Below, in pieces: positions 53,628 through 62,755 of a DNA stretch of 64,000 nucleotides (the stretch's first letter is position 1; each line of letters opens with the position of its first letter). Origin of the DNA: a bacterium. GTDB lineage: Bacteria > B130-G9. Below the pieces are notes generated by a model. It saw only the letters and a list, made by a program, of their open reading frames with translations. It did no database searches and was not told the origin of the DNA. Both the position numbers and the translations under genes were made by a program. Location: NCBI GenBank assembly GCA_035527515.1, contig DATLAJ010000114.1, positions 7,994 to 71,993 of the forward strand, written 5' to 3'.

Positions 53628-56093
53628 ATGGTGGATGATGCAAGTGAAGTTATCACGCCTAAACTGCCTCAAAGTTGCGGTTTATGCCGCTTCGCGCTAA
53701 GCAGCTACCAGCTTTCTACAATTGATCCAGTAAAGAGCCAAGGACTGTCCGTGATAAGCAAGAAGGCAGCATACGCCGATGTCACGCAGGCGTGCCGAGG
53801 AATAGCCGATGGTACCATGGTGAAAAAGGCGTGGATGGGGTTTGACCAGTTTATGTCTCTTGCCGATGCGTTAATGGATGGCCTCGTCGTTACAGATTTA
53901 CATGGTGGGATATTAGACGTTAATAGGGCCGCCTCAGAGAAACTATGCGGCGAAGAACAAGATCTCGTTGGTACAAGGCTTACCCGATTCATCACGGTGG
54001 AAGATCTGCCCAGATTCGCCCGTCATTGGCAGGACCTTCTCTCTGACCGACCGCAAATCAGAGTCTCAGAATATCGTGCGCGCCAAAGGGATGGAGATGC
54101 GATTTCGCTAAGTATTGCCCTTTCCATTCTGAGGGATTCTATCGGTCGTCCCAAGAACGTTATCGCCGTACTCAGGGACACCCCACAACGCAAAGTTACT
54201 GAAGACGTCCTTCGAGAAAATGAAGAGAAGTACCGGAGTCTTTTTGAAAACGAATCCGATGCGTTGATAGTTTTTGATGCCGAGACGCAGCGCATCGAAG
54301 AGGCCAACTTAGCCGCTTTGGAGCTGTTCGGCTACAGCGAGGAAGCCTTTTTGGGATTGACGTTTTCGGACATCTCGGCTGAAAAGACCCAAGTGGCGGA
54401 GTCGGTGCAAGAACTCATCAGTGGATTGCCACAGGGCAGATATGTGCCGCTGGGCTACTTCCGAAAGAAAGGCGGCACGATTTTTCCTGGCGAGATACGT
54501 ACCGGTGCTTTTGTCGCTGGTGGAAGGCAAAAGATCATCGGGGTCGTTCGCGATATCTCACAGCGCATGGAGACTGAGGCGTCGCTATCTGAAAGCCGTA
54601 GCGAGTGCCGGGAGCTGGTTGAGAAGATAAGCGATGTGATATACGAGATCGACTTGAATGGCGTGATTAAGTACATCAGCCCGTTAATCGAATCAGTACT
54701 AAACTACACTCCCCAGGAACTTATCGGACGACGCTTCAGCGATTTCGTTCATCCGGATGATCTGCGCCGCGTCGAGAATGGCTTTAGAGAGGCACTTGGC
54801 GGCGATCAGAAACGGAGCGAGTATCGAATGGTAGGAAAGACCAACGAGATTCGCTGGGTCCGTTCTTCCAGCTGGCTCACCAAGAAAGGGAATCAACCAG
54901 TTGGATTGCGCGGAGTACTGATCGATATCACCGAAACCAAACGGATGGAGCGCCGATTTGTGCAGGCCCAGAAGATGGAAGTGTTGGGAACGCTCGCGGG
55001 AGGCATCGCCCATGACTTCAACAACATACTGGCTTGTATCATGGGGTATGCGCAGTTAAGCGTGACTAGAGTGCAGAAAGGAACGATACTGGCGGAGAAC
55101 TTGACTGGTATTCTTAATGGAGCTCTTCGTGCAAAAACTCTGATCGAGCAGATCATATCCTTCGGCCGTCCCGGGAAAGAGGGAAGGCGGCCGGTCTCTA
55201 TGACCCCCATTATCAAGACAACCCTTAAATTCCTGGAGGCTTCTCTGCCAGCCAGTATCGAGATTCGGCAGTACTTAAGAGCAGACCGAGATGTCATCCA
55301 GGCCGACGCCACGCAGATTCAAGAGGTGTTGATGAATCTGTGTGCCAACGCGGCCCAAGCGATGGATGAGGCGGGTGGGACTCTGAAGGTGGGAGTCAGT
55401 AACGTAGAATTGGTGGCCTCGGCCCCTGGTCTGGACCCGGGAATCCGGCCGGGTTCGTATCTGAAGCTGAGCGTGTCCGATACAGGCTGTGGCATCCCGC
55501 CTGAGATACGTGACAAGGTCTTTGATCCATATTTCACTACGAAGGACAAGGACCACGGTACTGGCCTGGGATTACCCAGGGTTCTGGGCATCGTGAAGGA
55601 GCATGATGGCGCTATCCGGATTGAGAGCGAGGTGGGACACGGGACTACGGTGAACGTCTTTTTCCCGCTGTGCAACAAAGAGGTTGTGGAAGCACAACCT
55701 CTGTCCAAAGCGCGCAACATCGGCAAAGAGCGCATCCTCTTGGTTGACGATGAGGAATCGGTCGTCAATCAGGGCAGACAAATGCTGGAGTCTTTAGGTT
55801 GCACTATCGAATCGACCGCCAGCGGCAAAGAAGCCCTGGCGGTGTTTCGTCTGGAGCCGGACCGATTCGACCTGGTCATCACCGACATGACCATGCCGTC
55901 TATGTTGGGCGACAGGTTAGCGCAGGAGCTGATGAGGATTCGCACTGACATTCCGGTCATCCTTTGTGCTGAACACAGCGAGAGGGTCTCTGGGGGAAAG
56001 GCCAAGGATATAGGTGTTCGCGCCTTTATCGTGAAACCCTTCGCCGAACAGGAATTTGCAGAGACCGTTCGGCGAGTGTTGGACGGACGGTGA
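53628..56093 (+). CDS. hybrid sensor histidine kinase (multiple PAS domains, HisKA, HATPase, C-terminal receiver)
   Basis: PAS blocks. H-box HDFNNILACIMGYAQL, G-boxes DTGCGIPPE and GTGLGL, receiver ILLVDDEESV...DLVITDMTMP. The true start may be the in-frame ATG 53817 (MVKKAWMG), because the first 63 codons look non-protein-like. Confidence 0.8.
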   Translation: MVDDASEVITPKLPQSCGLCRFALSSYQLSTIDPVKSQGLSVISKKAAYADVTQACRGIADGTMVKKAWMGFDQFMSLADALMDGLVVTDLHGGILDVNRAASEKLCGEEQDLVGTRLTRFITVEDLPRFARHWQDLLSDRPQIRVSEYRARQRDGDAISLSIALSILRDSIGRPKNVIAVLRDTPQRKVTEDVLRENEEKYRSLFENESDALIVFDAETQRIEEANLAALELFGYSEEAFLGLTFSDISAEKTQVAESVQELISGLPQGRYVPLGYFRKKGGTIFPGEIRTGAFVAGGRQKIIGVVRDISQRMETEASLSESRSECRELVEKISDVIYEIDLNGVIKYISPLIESVLNYTPQELIGRRFSDFVHPDDLRRVENGFREALGGDQKRSEYRMVGKTNEIRWVRSSSWLTKKGNQPVGLRGVLIDITETKRMERRFVQAQKMEVLGTLAGGIAHDFNNILACIMGYAQLSVTRVQKGTILAENLTGILNGALRAKTLIEQIISFGRPGKEGRRPVSMTPIIKTTLKFLEASLPASIEIRQYLRADRDVIQADATQIQEVLMNLCANAAQAMDEAGGTLKVGVSNVELVASAPGLDPGIRPGSYLKLSVSDTGCGIPPEIRDKVFDPYFTTKDKDHGTGLGLPRVLGIVKEHDGAIRIESEVGHGTTVNVFFPLCNKEVVEAQPLSKARNIGKERILLVDDEESVVNQGRQMLESLGCTIESTASGKEALAVFRLEPDRFDLVITDMTMPSMLGDRLAQELMRIRTDIPVILCAEHSERVSGGKAKDIGVRAFIVKPFAEQEFAETVRRVLDGR

Positions 56094-56117
56094 CCATCGG
56101 TTTTGTTTCGAGATGTT

Positions 56118-56132
56118 TGGCACAAGAATTGC
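56118..56132 (+). promoter_or_regulatory. sigma54-type (-24/-12) promoter TGGCAC-N5-TTGC
   Basis: tttggcacaagaattgcg read directly. It matches the consensus TGGCAC-N5-TTGC exactly, lies 25 nt after the hybrid kinase stop, and heads the operon containing an NtrC-family (sigma54-dependent) activator. Confidence 0.5.
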
Positions 56133-56352
56133 GTCGCAAAGCCGGATAGGGTTTATTCTCCTGAGAATGGGCTCAGCGGGCCGAGGGATTGATTTGAGAA
56201 CAAACAAAGGCACCGGAGGCTACTTCGGCGCCGCATTTTTCGCCTTTGGTTTGCGTTCAGACAAGGATTCTGGAGCTGCTGGTTTATGGAAGTGGGTCTA
56301 TGGTGTTAATTCGATAGGTTATGGGAAGGATTCCATATATTGACCGTGGAAT

Positions 56353-56991
56353 ATGACTGAAAAGGCGGACATTAAGAAGTTCTCAAGGTCCTTGATCTAC
56401 GTGCCCATTGTGCATACGCAGGCCGATATGGGTGTTTTAGGCAAATTGATTTGGCGGGCCGGTCTGCACAAGATGGGGGAAACGGTTCTGAAACGCAAGG
56501 CGTCCGCTATAGATCAGATATGGACCACCATAGAAACGACTATCAACCGATTGGACCTGGTTTATGCTAGAGTTCGGCTGTATCAGGATAGTTTGCCTGT
56601 TTGCGGGCGTGAGCTGGAGATCGTTCAGGAACTGGCAGCTTCGGGCAGCCGCAATCATCAGCTTCTTTTGCGTATGATCGAGAAGGGCGCCACCCTCATG
56701 GGAACCGAATCGGGTGAGCTTCTGATCAAGGAATACGAATTGTCCAAACGCATCGTGGATGCAGGCAATGCGTCCAGAACGGCCAAGATGAAAACACATC
56801 CAAAGACATTGGCCGAATCGTTACTCAAAGACCGCGATCGTTATATTGCGCACCGCATCAATCATACCCTTTGTGCGGGAGATACGGGGGTTCTTTTTTT
56901 GGGGATGTTTCACTCACCCGAGCCGTTTCTCGACGGGGATATTCACCTGGCATACCCCATCGAAAAACCTGCCGGGTCTGCGGGGCAGTGA
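56353..56991 (+). CDS. hypothetical protein (first gene of putative sigma54-driven operon)
   Basis: 212-aa ORF with protein-like composition and no recognisable motif. It ends 24 nt before the NtrC-like gene. Confidence 0.5.
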   Translation: MTEKADIKKFSRSLIYVPIVHTQADMGVLGKLIWRAGLHKMGETVLKRKASAIDQIWTTIETTINRLDLVYARVRLYQDSLPVCGRELEIVQELAASGSRNHQLLLRMIEKGATLMGTESGELLIKEYELSKRIVDAGNASRTAKMKTHPKTLAESLLKDRDRYIAHRINHTLCAGDTGVLFLGMFHSPEPFLDGDIHLAYPIEKPAGSAGQ

Positions 56992-57014
56992 GGGGATTAG
57001 AGGGAGCGAAACCC

Positions 57015-58427
57015 ATGGAGAGACTCGATGTCCGGATTTTGATTGTGGATGACGACAGGGACATCTGCCGGATACTTGCAACGCTCATAGAACGTGAGGG
57101 ATTCAAAGCCATTATGGCGAATGATGGCGAGCCGGCGCTGGCGTCCATCCGTTCCGCCTCGCCCGATCTTATGTTACTTGACATGAGAATGCCTAACATG
57201 GATGGCTCAGAGGTGTTGGCGCACGCCAAGGAACTAGACCCCGACCTTCCCGTGGTCATTATCACGGCGTTTGGCGAAATCCACGGCGCGGTCGAAGCGA
57301 TAAAGGCCGGTGCGTACGATTATCTCACCAAGCCCTTTGAGCATGACGATGTGATTCATGTAGTTCACAGAGCGCTTTCAGAGAGAGAACTCAAACGGAA
57401 ACTGAAGAACCTTACCAGCCAGATCAGAAAGGACAGCCCGCTGAGAGAGACGATGGGACCCAGCGAGTCGATCGGCAACCTTATCGCGATGGTCGAGCGA
57501 GTCGCCCGGTCCGATTTTACCGTGGTGATCCAAGGGGAGACAGGGTCTGGAAAAGAGGTTGTGGCCCGGGCCATACACAAGGCCAGTTTGCGTTCCCAAG
57601 GGCCTTTTGTTCCATTGGATTGCGGGGCCATTCCCGATGCGCTACTGGAAAGCGAGCTGTTTGGTTACGAGAAAGGCGCATTTACCGGGGCGGGACAGAG
57701 AAAAGTTGGCAAACTCGTATGCGCCCAGGGTGGGACGCTGTTTTTAGATGAGGTCAGCAACCTGCCACTATCTTCACAAGCGAAACTTCTACGGGTTATT
57801 CAGGAGAAAGAGGTCATGCCGGTGGGCAGCAACAAACCTGCCAAGATAGACGTTCGTCTCCTGACCGCCTCCAACCAGGACCTTAACAGCCTCGCCGAGG
57901 CAGGCGCTTTTCGCAGCGATCTCTTTTTCCGGCTGAAGGAGTTTACCATAAGAGTACCACCCCTGCGGGAGCGGAGAGATGATATACCTTATCTGGCGAA
58001 ACGTTTTCTGGACATCGCCAACGCAGAATTGGACAAGAACGTGAAGGGGTTCTCTGAAGGGGCCCTGGAAACGCTGCTGGATTATCCATGGCCCGGGAAT
58101 GTGCGTGAGTTCCGGTCAACCATCCGCCGCGCGGTTCTCTTAGCCGACGAGATCATCACCAAAGGTCATCTGGATGTCCGGAAGCGATCATATCCGGTGT
58201 CGTGGGACGTAGGGCCTCAAATGAAGAGAGGACTATTAGAGAAGGCCTCCTTGAAGACCATCGTGCGTGAGAGCACGGCGGCAGTGGAAAGAGAGGTTCT
58301 TACCCGAACGTTGCAGTCCACAGGTGGGAACAAGGCCAAAGCAGCGCGGATTCTCAGAATAGACTACAAAACTATCCATACTAAGGTCAAGAAACTGGGT
58401 ATTCAAACCAACAGGAGGTCACCATGA
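57015..58427 (+). CDS. sigma54-dependent response regulator (NtrC family: receiver + AAA+ sigma54-interaction + Fis-type HTH)
   Basis: Start refined to ATG 57015 with RBS gagggattagagggag. Receiver ILIVDDDRDI...DLMLLDMRMP, Walker A GETGSGKE, GAFTGA-type ESELFGYEKGAFTGA, and C-terminal HTH AARILRIDYKTIHTKVKKLGI. Confidence 0.85.
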   Translation: MERLDVRILIVDDDRDICRILATLIEREGFKAIMANDGEPALASIRSASPDLMLLDMRMPNMDGSEVLAHAKELDPDLPVVIITAFGEIHGAVEAIKAGAYDYLTKPFEHDDVIHVVHRALSERELKRKLKNLTSQIRKDSPLRETMGPSESIGNLIAMVERVARSDFTVVIQGETGSGKEVVARAIHKASLRSQGPFVPLDCGAIPDALLESELFGYEKGAFTGAGQRKVGKLVCAQGGTLFLDEVSNLPLSSQAKLLRVIQEKEVMPVGSNKPAKIDVRLLTASNQDLNSLAEAGAFRSDLFFRLKEFTIRVPPLRERRDDIPYLAKRFLDIANAELDKNVKGFSEGALETLLDYPWPGNVREFRSTIRRAVLLADEIITKGHLDVRKRSYPVSWDVGPQMKRGLLEKASLKTIVRESTAAVEREVLTRTLQSTGGNKAKAARILRIDYKTIHTKVKKLGIQTNRRSP

Positions 58428-58924
58428 GTGACAAAAAGAGCGGAGGCGGCTTCGGAGGGATTCTAGGAGGTTTTGCGGACCTGGTAGATAAGCTTGGTGA
58501 GCTTGCGGAAAAGGGGGAGCGGCTCTCTAGAACCGGAGAGATCGATTTCAAACGAAAGGGAAAGGACCTGAAGGGGGTATATGGTTTCTCCGTCAAAGTG
58601 GGTTTGGGAGGGGATGAAGTCAAGATTGAGCCCTTCGGAAACATCCGCAGAGATAAAGAGTCCGGAGAAGCTGTGGTGCAGGAGATTCGCGAGCCCATTG
58701 CGGATGTCTTCGAGGAGAAGGACCATACATTGGTTGTCGTCGAGATGCCGGGTATCAGTGAGGATGATGTGCAAATTGACGTCAAGGACGACCTGCTGAC
58801 GCTATATGCTGAACACGGGGAGAAGAAATACCGCAAGGAAGTCCTGATGCCGAAAAGCTATCCCAAAGAGAAGATGTGTATTTCCTGCAACAACGGCATT
58901 TTAGAGATAAAGTGCGCCCTTTAG
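58424..58924 (+). CDS. Hsp20/alpha-crystallin family small heat-shock protein with Gly-rich N-terminus
   Basis: Alpha-crystallin domain pattern VVVEMPGISEDDVQIDVKDDLLTL...YRKEVLMP...NGILEIK and N-terminal SGGGFGGILGGF. ATGA overlap with the upstream regulator gene. Confidence 0.7.
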   Translation: MSDKKSGGGFGGILGGFADLVDKLGELAEKGERLSRTGEIDFKRKGKDLKGVYGFSVKVGLGGDEVKIEPFGNIRRDKESGEAVVQEIREPIADVFEEKDHTLVVVEMPGISEDDVQIDVKDDLLTLYAEHGEKKYRKEVLMPKSYPKEKMCISCNNGILEIKCAL

Positions 58925-59004
58925 CCGTTTAGGATATCAAGGGACGGTCCCGCGGCCGCCACGGGCCAAGCATACTTCAGGCGAGTGATTGAAGGAGACG
59001 ATGC

Positions 59005-61116
59005 ATGAAAGAGACAGAAGACCTTAAACTGAAAGTTACGGAAGCTCTCGGCAAGGACGTCGGAAGGTGCTTTGCCCGAATGGGCCCGGAAGACATGAAG
59101 CGGCTGGATTTGGCCGTTGGTGACATCGTAGAGATCGAGGTCAAGCGCAAAACCGTCTGTAAGGCCATGCCAGCCTACAAGGAGATTCGCGGCCAGTCCC
59201 GCGTACAGCTCGATGGCCTCACCAGAGAGAACGTCGGCGCCGGCCTGGATGAGTTCGTGCGCATCCGCAAAACGGTCTGTCGTCCTGCGGGGAAAATATC
59301 ACTGGCCCCGACAAGCATCACCCCGACCGAGCGTGATCTGAAGTATATCGGAAGTCTTCTGGACGGCCTCCCAGTCATGGCGGGCGACCGGATCCGGGCC
59401 AATCTGTTTGGCAGCCGGTCGGCCGACTTCAAGGTGCAGCATACAGTCCCAGAAGGCCCTGTTCTCATCAATCCCAGTACCCAGCTTACCATCGTCAAGA
59501 CGAAGGAAGCGGGGTCCGCCAGCCGGGTGACCTACGAGGATATCGGCGGGCTTAAGCCTCAGCTTTTGCGGATACGCGAGATGATCGAGCTGCCGCTGCG
59601 TTATCCGGAGGTTTTCAGACGCCTCGGGATCGACGCCCCCAAGGGGGTGCTGCTGCACGGTCCTCCGGGATGCGGCAAGACCCTCATTGCCCGGGCCATC
59701 GCCCACGAAACCGAAGCCCAGTTCTTTTCCGTCAGCGGCCCGGAAGTTGTGCATAAGTTCTACGGCGAGAGCGAGGCGCATCTGCGTAAGATATTTGATG
59801 AGGCCAGTCGCAAGGGCCCCAGCATCGTCTTTCTCGACGAAATCGACGCCATTGCCCCGCCCAGGGAAAAAGTGGTGGGGGACGTTGAAAAGCGGATGGT
59901 CTCCCAGCTTTTGGCCCTCATGGACGGGCTTAGCAAGCGTCAGAATGTCATCGTTATCGCGGCCACCAATATCCCAAACGCGCTGGACCCAGCCCTGCGG
60001 CGCCCCGGCCGCTTTGACCGGGAGATCACCATCCCGATTCCGGACCGCATCGGCCGATTGGAGATACTGGACATCCACAGCCGCGGCATGCCGCTGGCCC
60101 CGGACGTGGACATGGCGCACTTAGCCGAGATTACGCATGGTTTCGTCGGCGCCGATCTTGAAGCCCTCTGCCGCGAGGCCGCCATGCTCTGTTTGCGACG
60201 GATCATGCCGGATATCGATTTTGGGCTGACATCCATCCCCTATGAGCGGCTCGCGGCCCTAGAAGTCCACATGGACGATTACCGCGCGGCGCTGCGGGAG
60301 GTGGAGCCATCGGCCATTCGAGAGGTCTTCGTCGAGGTCCCGAATGTCCGCTGGGAGGACGTCGGCGGCCTCGACGCGGTTAAGGAGAGTCTGGTGGAAG
60401 CGGTGGAATGGCCCCTGAAATTCTCCCGTCTATTTGATCAGGCCGGGATCAAGCCGCCCAAGGGGATTCTCCTCTCCGGTTCGCCCGGTTGTGGGAAGAC
60501 GCTAATGGCCAAGGCGGTTGCCAATGAAACGCACGTCAACTTTATTGCCGTCAAGGGGCCGGCACTCCTCTCTAAATATGTGGGCGAATCCGAAAGGGCC
60601 GTCCGCGAGGTCTTTCAAAAGGCTAGGCAGGCTGCCCCTTGTATCATTTTCTTTGATGAAATCGATGCCCTGGTTCCGGTTCGAGGCGCCTCATCGGATT
60701 CGCACGTGTCGGAACGGGTGCTCAGTCAAATCCTGACCGAACTTGACGGGATCGAGGAACTCAAGGGGGTCCTGGTGTTGGGCGCGACAAACCGCGCCGA
60801 TATGCTTGACCCGGCGGTGCTGAGGCCCGGACGTTTTGACGAGATTATCGAGATCCCCATGCCGGACAAAAATGGTCGGGAGGAGATCTTGGCGATTCAT
60901 CTGCGCAACAAACCACTGGCAGCGGATATTCGCCTAGATGATCTGGCGGCAAGGACAGAGGGTCTCAGTGGGGCCGAAATTGCCGGCATCTGTTACAAAG
61001 CAGCGATGAGTGCGCTCCGACGCGCTGTGCAGGCCGGATGGGACGCAGGGGCCGACGATCTTCCCGATCTGTGCATTACGGCAGACGATCTGTTTGGCAC
61101 TCTGGAGGCGGTGTGA
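59005..61116 (+). CDS. CDC48/VAT/p97-type double-ring AAA+ ATPase
   Basis: CDC48 N-domain start MKETEDLKLKVTEALGKDVGR...AVGDIVEIEV. D1 Walker A GPPGCGKT and Walker B IVFLDEIDA. D2 Walker A GSPGCGKT and Walker B IIFFDEIDA, plus SRH regions. Length 703 aa. Confidence 0.85.
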   Translation: MKETEDLKLKVTEALGKDVGRCFARMGPEDMKRLDLAVGDIVEIEVKRKTVCKAMPAYKEIRGQSRVQLDGLTRENVGAGLDEFVRIRKTVCRPAGKISLAPTSITPTERDLKYIGSLLDGLPVMAGDRIRANLFGSRSADFKVQHTVPEGPVLINPSTQLTIVKTKEAGSASRVTYEDIGGLKPQLLRIREMIELPLRYPEVFRRLGIDAPKGVLLHGPPGCGKTLIARAIAHETEAQFFSVSGPEVVHKFYGESEAHLRKIFDEASRKGPSIVFLDEIDAIAPPREKVVGDVEKRMVSQLLALMDGLSKRQNVIVIAATNIPNALDPALRRPGRFDREITIPIPDRIGRLEILDIHSRGMPLAPDVDMAHLAEITHGFVGADLEALCREAAMLCLRRIMPDIDFGLTSIPYERLAALEVHMDDYRAALREVEPSAIREVFVEVPNVRWEDVGGLDAVKESLVEAVEWPLKFSRLFDQAGIKPPKGILLSGSPGCGKTLMAKAVANETHVNFIAVKGPALLSKYVGESERAVREVFQKARQAAPCIIFFDEIDALVPVRGASSDSHVSERVLSQILTELDGIEELKGVLVLGATNRADMLDPAVLRPGRFDEIIEIPMPDKNGREEILAIHLRNKPLAADIRLDDLAARTEGLSGAEIAGICYKAAMSALRRAVQAGWDAGADDLPDLCITADDLFGTLEAV

Positions 61117-61976
61117 TGGTTGATAGTAGATGTCCGACCAGTCCGACGTGTCCGACTGGTTCGACAGCGTCGCCGCACGAAGCGCAAGGCTTCTATCTTT
61201 ACGGTTTTGCGCAGGCGGCCAGACTGCCTTTGCTGAAGGTCGCCGGCATGGATGCCCGCTACCCGGTCTCACAATGGACGTGCAAGGACATCGTGGCCGT
61301 GGCCAGCAAGGTGATGGTTGCGGATTTCAGCGGGCAGTCGGCCGAAACGAACCTCAAGGACCTGGCCTGGGTGGGCCCGCGGGCCTGTCGTCACCAGGAA
61401 GTGGTGGAGGCTGTGATGCGGCACTCACCGGTGCTGCCAGCAGGCTTCGGGACGATTTTTGCCTCATCCCAGCGGATGGTGGAATTGTGTGTCCGTCACC
61501 ATGGCGCCATTTCGCGTTTCTTGGGCGAGGTGGATAACAAAGCGGAATGGGCGCTGAAAGGATTCTTGGACAGGGCGCAAGCGCACAGGTCGCTGAATTC
61601 GGAGTTGATGGCCGGTGAGAAGGAGCTTCTCGCATCTGTATCACCGGGTAAGCTCTATTTTATGCAGAGGCAGATGGCGGCCGAGGTTGAGCAGCAATTG
61701 AACCAGAGATTGAAAGCGATCTTGACTGGAATTTGGGAAGACCTGGGGCGGTATGCGGCGCGTTTCTGCGAACGGAAAGTGCTTTCCCGTGATGCCACCG
61801 GCTTGGATGTGGACATGGTTCTGAATTGGGCGTTTCTGCTTTCCAGAGATTCTGAGGAGGTCTTCGCGGCGTGCCTCAACCGAATGAAGGCCGCGCAGGC
61901 GAAGCACGGGCTTCACTTTGAACTCTCCGGGCCGTGGCCCCCTTACAGCTTCTCCCCGACCTTGGAAATGGTGTGA
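61116..61976 (+). CDS. GvpL/GvpF-family (gas-vesicle assembly) protein, paralog 1
   Basis: Start taken at ATG 61116, overlapping the CDC48 stop. Family-like features are GFYLYGFA near the N-terminus, VLPAGFGTIF, EWALKGF, and the C-terminal motif LSGPWPPYSF, the hallmark ending of GvpF/GvpL proteins. Confidence 0.65.
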   Translation: MVDSRCPTSPTCPTGSTASPHEAQGFYLYGFAQAARLPLLKVAGMDARYPVSQWTCKDIVAVASKVMVADFSGQSAETNLKDLAWVGPRACRHQEVVEAVMRHSPVLPAGFGTIFASSQRMVELCVRHHGAISRFLGEVDNKAEWALKGFLDRAQAHRSLNSELMAGEKELLASVSPGKLYFMQRQMAAEVEQQLNQRLKAILTGIWEDLGRYAARFCERKVLSRDATGLDVDMVLNWAFLLSRDSEEVFAACLNRMKAAQAKHGLHFELSGPWPPYSFSPTLEMV

Positions 61977-62000
61977 AAGGTAACGAGGCTTAGCAGGCAG

Positions 62001-62744
62001 ATGAAATACCTCCTTTATTGCATATTTGCTGACGAGAAGAGCTCGCCAGCCGTCCACCTTGCAGGGGTCGACGGCCAACCGATTGTGGTTGTATCGCACA
62101 GTGGTCTCAGCGCCTCGGTCTCACCATGTCTCCATCCAAGCCTCACACCGGATATCACGCGCATTCAGGCTTACCAAAGGATCATCGAACGATTTAACCA
62201 CCACCGCACCATCATCCCGATGCGCTATGGCTGTCTGTTCCCGAACAGGGAAGAGGTCGGGCTGCATTTGGGGCAGCGTGCCCACTACTATTTGTCCCTG
62301 TTAGGTGAGCTCAAGGGCAGCGTGGAGATGGGAATCCGGGTCATGATGTCAGAAGGCCGATTGCCCCTTGAAGAGCTCGAGCGCAAGAGGGAGGCACACC
62401 CGATGTCGAATACTCAATCTCCGTTGTCCGGCAAGCAGTACTTGACGGCACGCAAAGCCCATTATTCCCGTGAGGACCGTAATCTAACGGAAATCGAGCA
62501 CATAATCGCGCAGACCCACACCGCATTTTCTGGGCTCTATGTCCGGTTCAAATCGGAATGTGGGACGACCGAAGTGTCAGCATTGGGCAATCGGGTCCTC
62601 TCCCTCTATTTTCTCGTGCTGCGAGATTCGGTTGAATCGTTTCGGCAAGCGTTCCGGCGTGTCAGCAAGCGAGGGCCCCATAAACTGCTTTTGAGCGGCC
62701 CTTGGCCGCCATACAACTTTGTTACACCCGAGCGCACGAGGTGA
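62001..62744 (+). CDS. GvpL/GvpF-family protein, paralog 2
   Basis: LLYCIF (in the YxYG position), IIPMRYGCLF, and the same C-terminal LLSGPWPPYNF. It sits 24 nt downstream of paralog 1. Confidence 0.65.
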   Translation: MKYLLYCIFADEKSSPAVHLAGVDGQPIVVVSHSGLSASVSPCLHPSLTPDITRIQAYQRIIERFNHHRTIIPMRYGCLFPNREEVGLHLGQRAHYYLSLLGELKGSVEMGIRVMMSEGRLPLEELERKREAHPMSNTQSPLSGKQYLTARKAHYSREDRNLTEIEHIIAQTHTAFSGLYVRFKSECGTTEVSALGNRVLSLYFLVLRDSVESFRQAFRRVSKRGPHKLLLSGPWPPYNFVTPERTR

Positions 62745-62755
62745 CCTGAATCCAC

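Noticed and set aside
59299-60120. 273-aa minus-strand ORF
   Set aside because: Antisense to the CDC48/VAT AAA+ gene, whose Walker A/B motifs in both rings are unambiguous.
61130-61537. 135-aa ORF overlapping the first GvpL/F gene in another frame
   Set aside because: Gly/Arg/Pro-rich off-frame translation; the in-frame GvpL/F reading has conserved family motifs at both termini.
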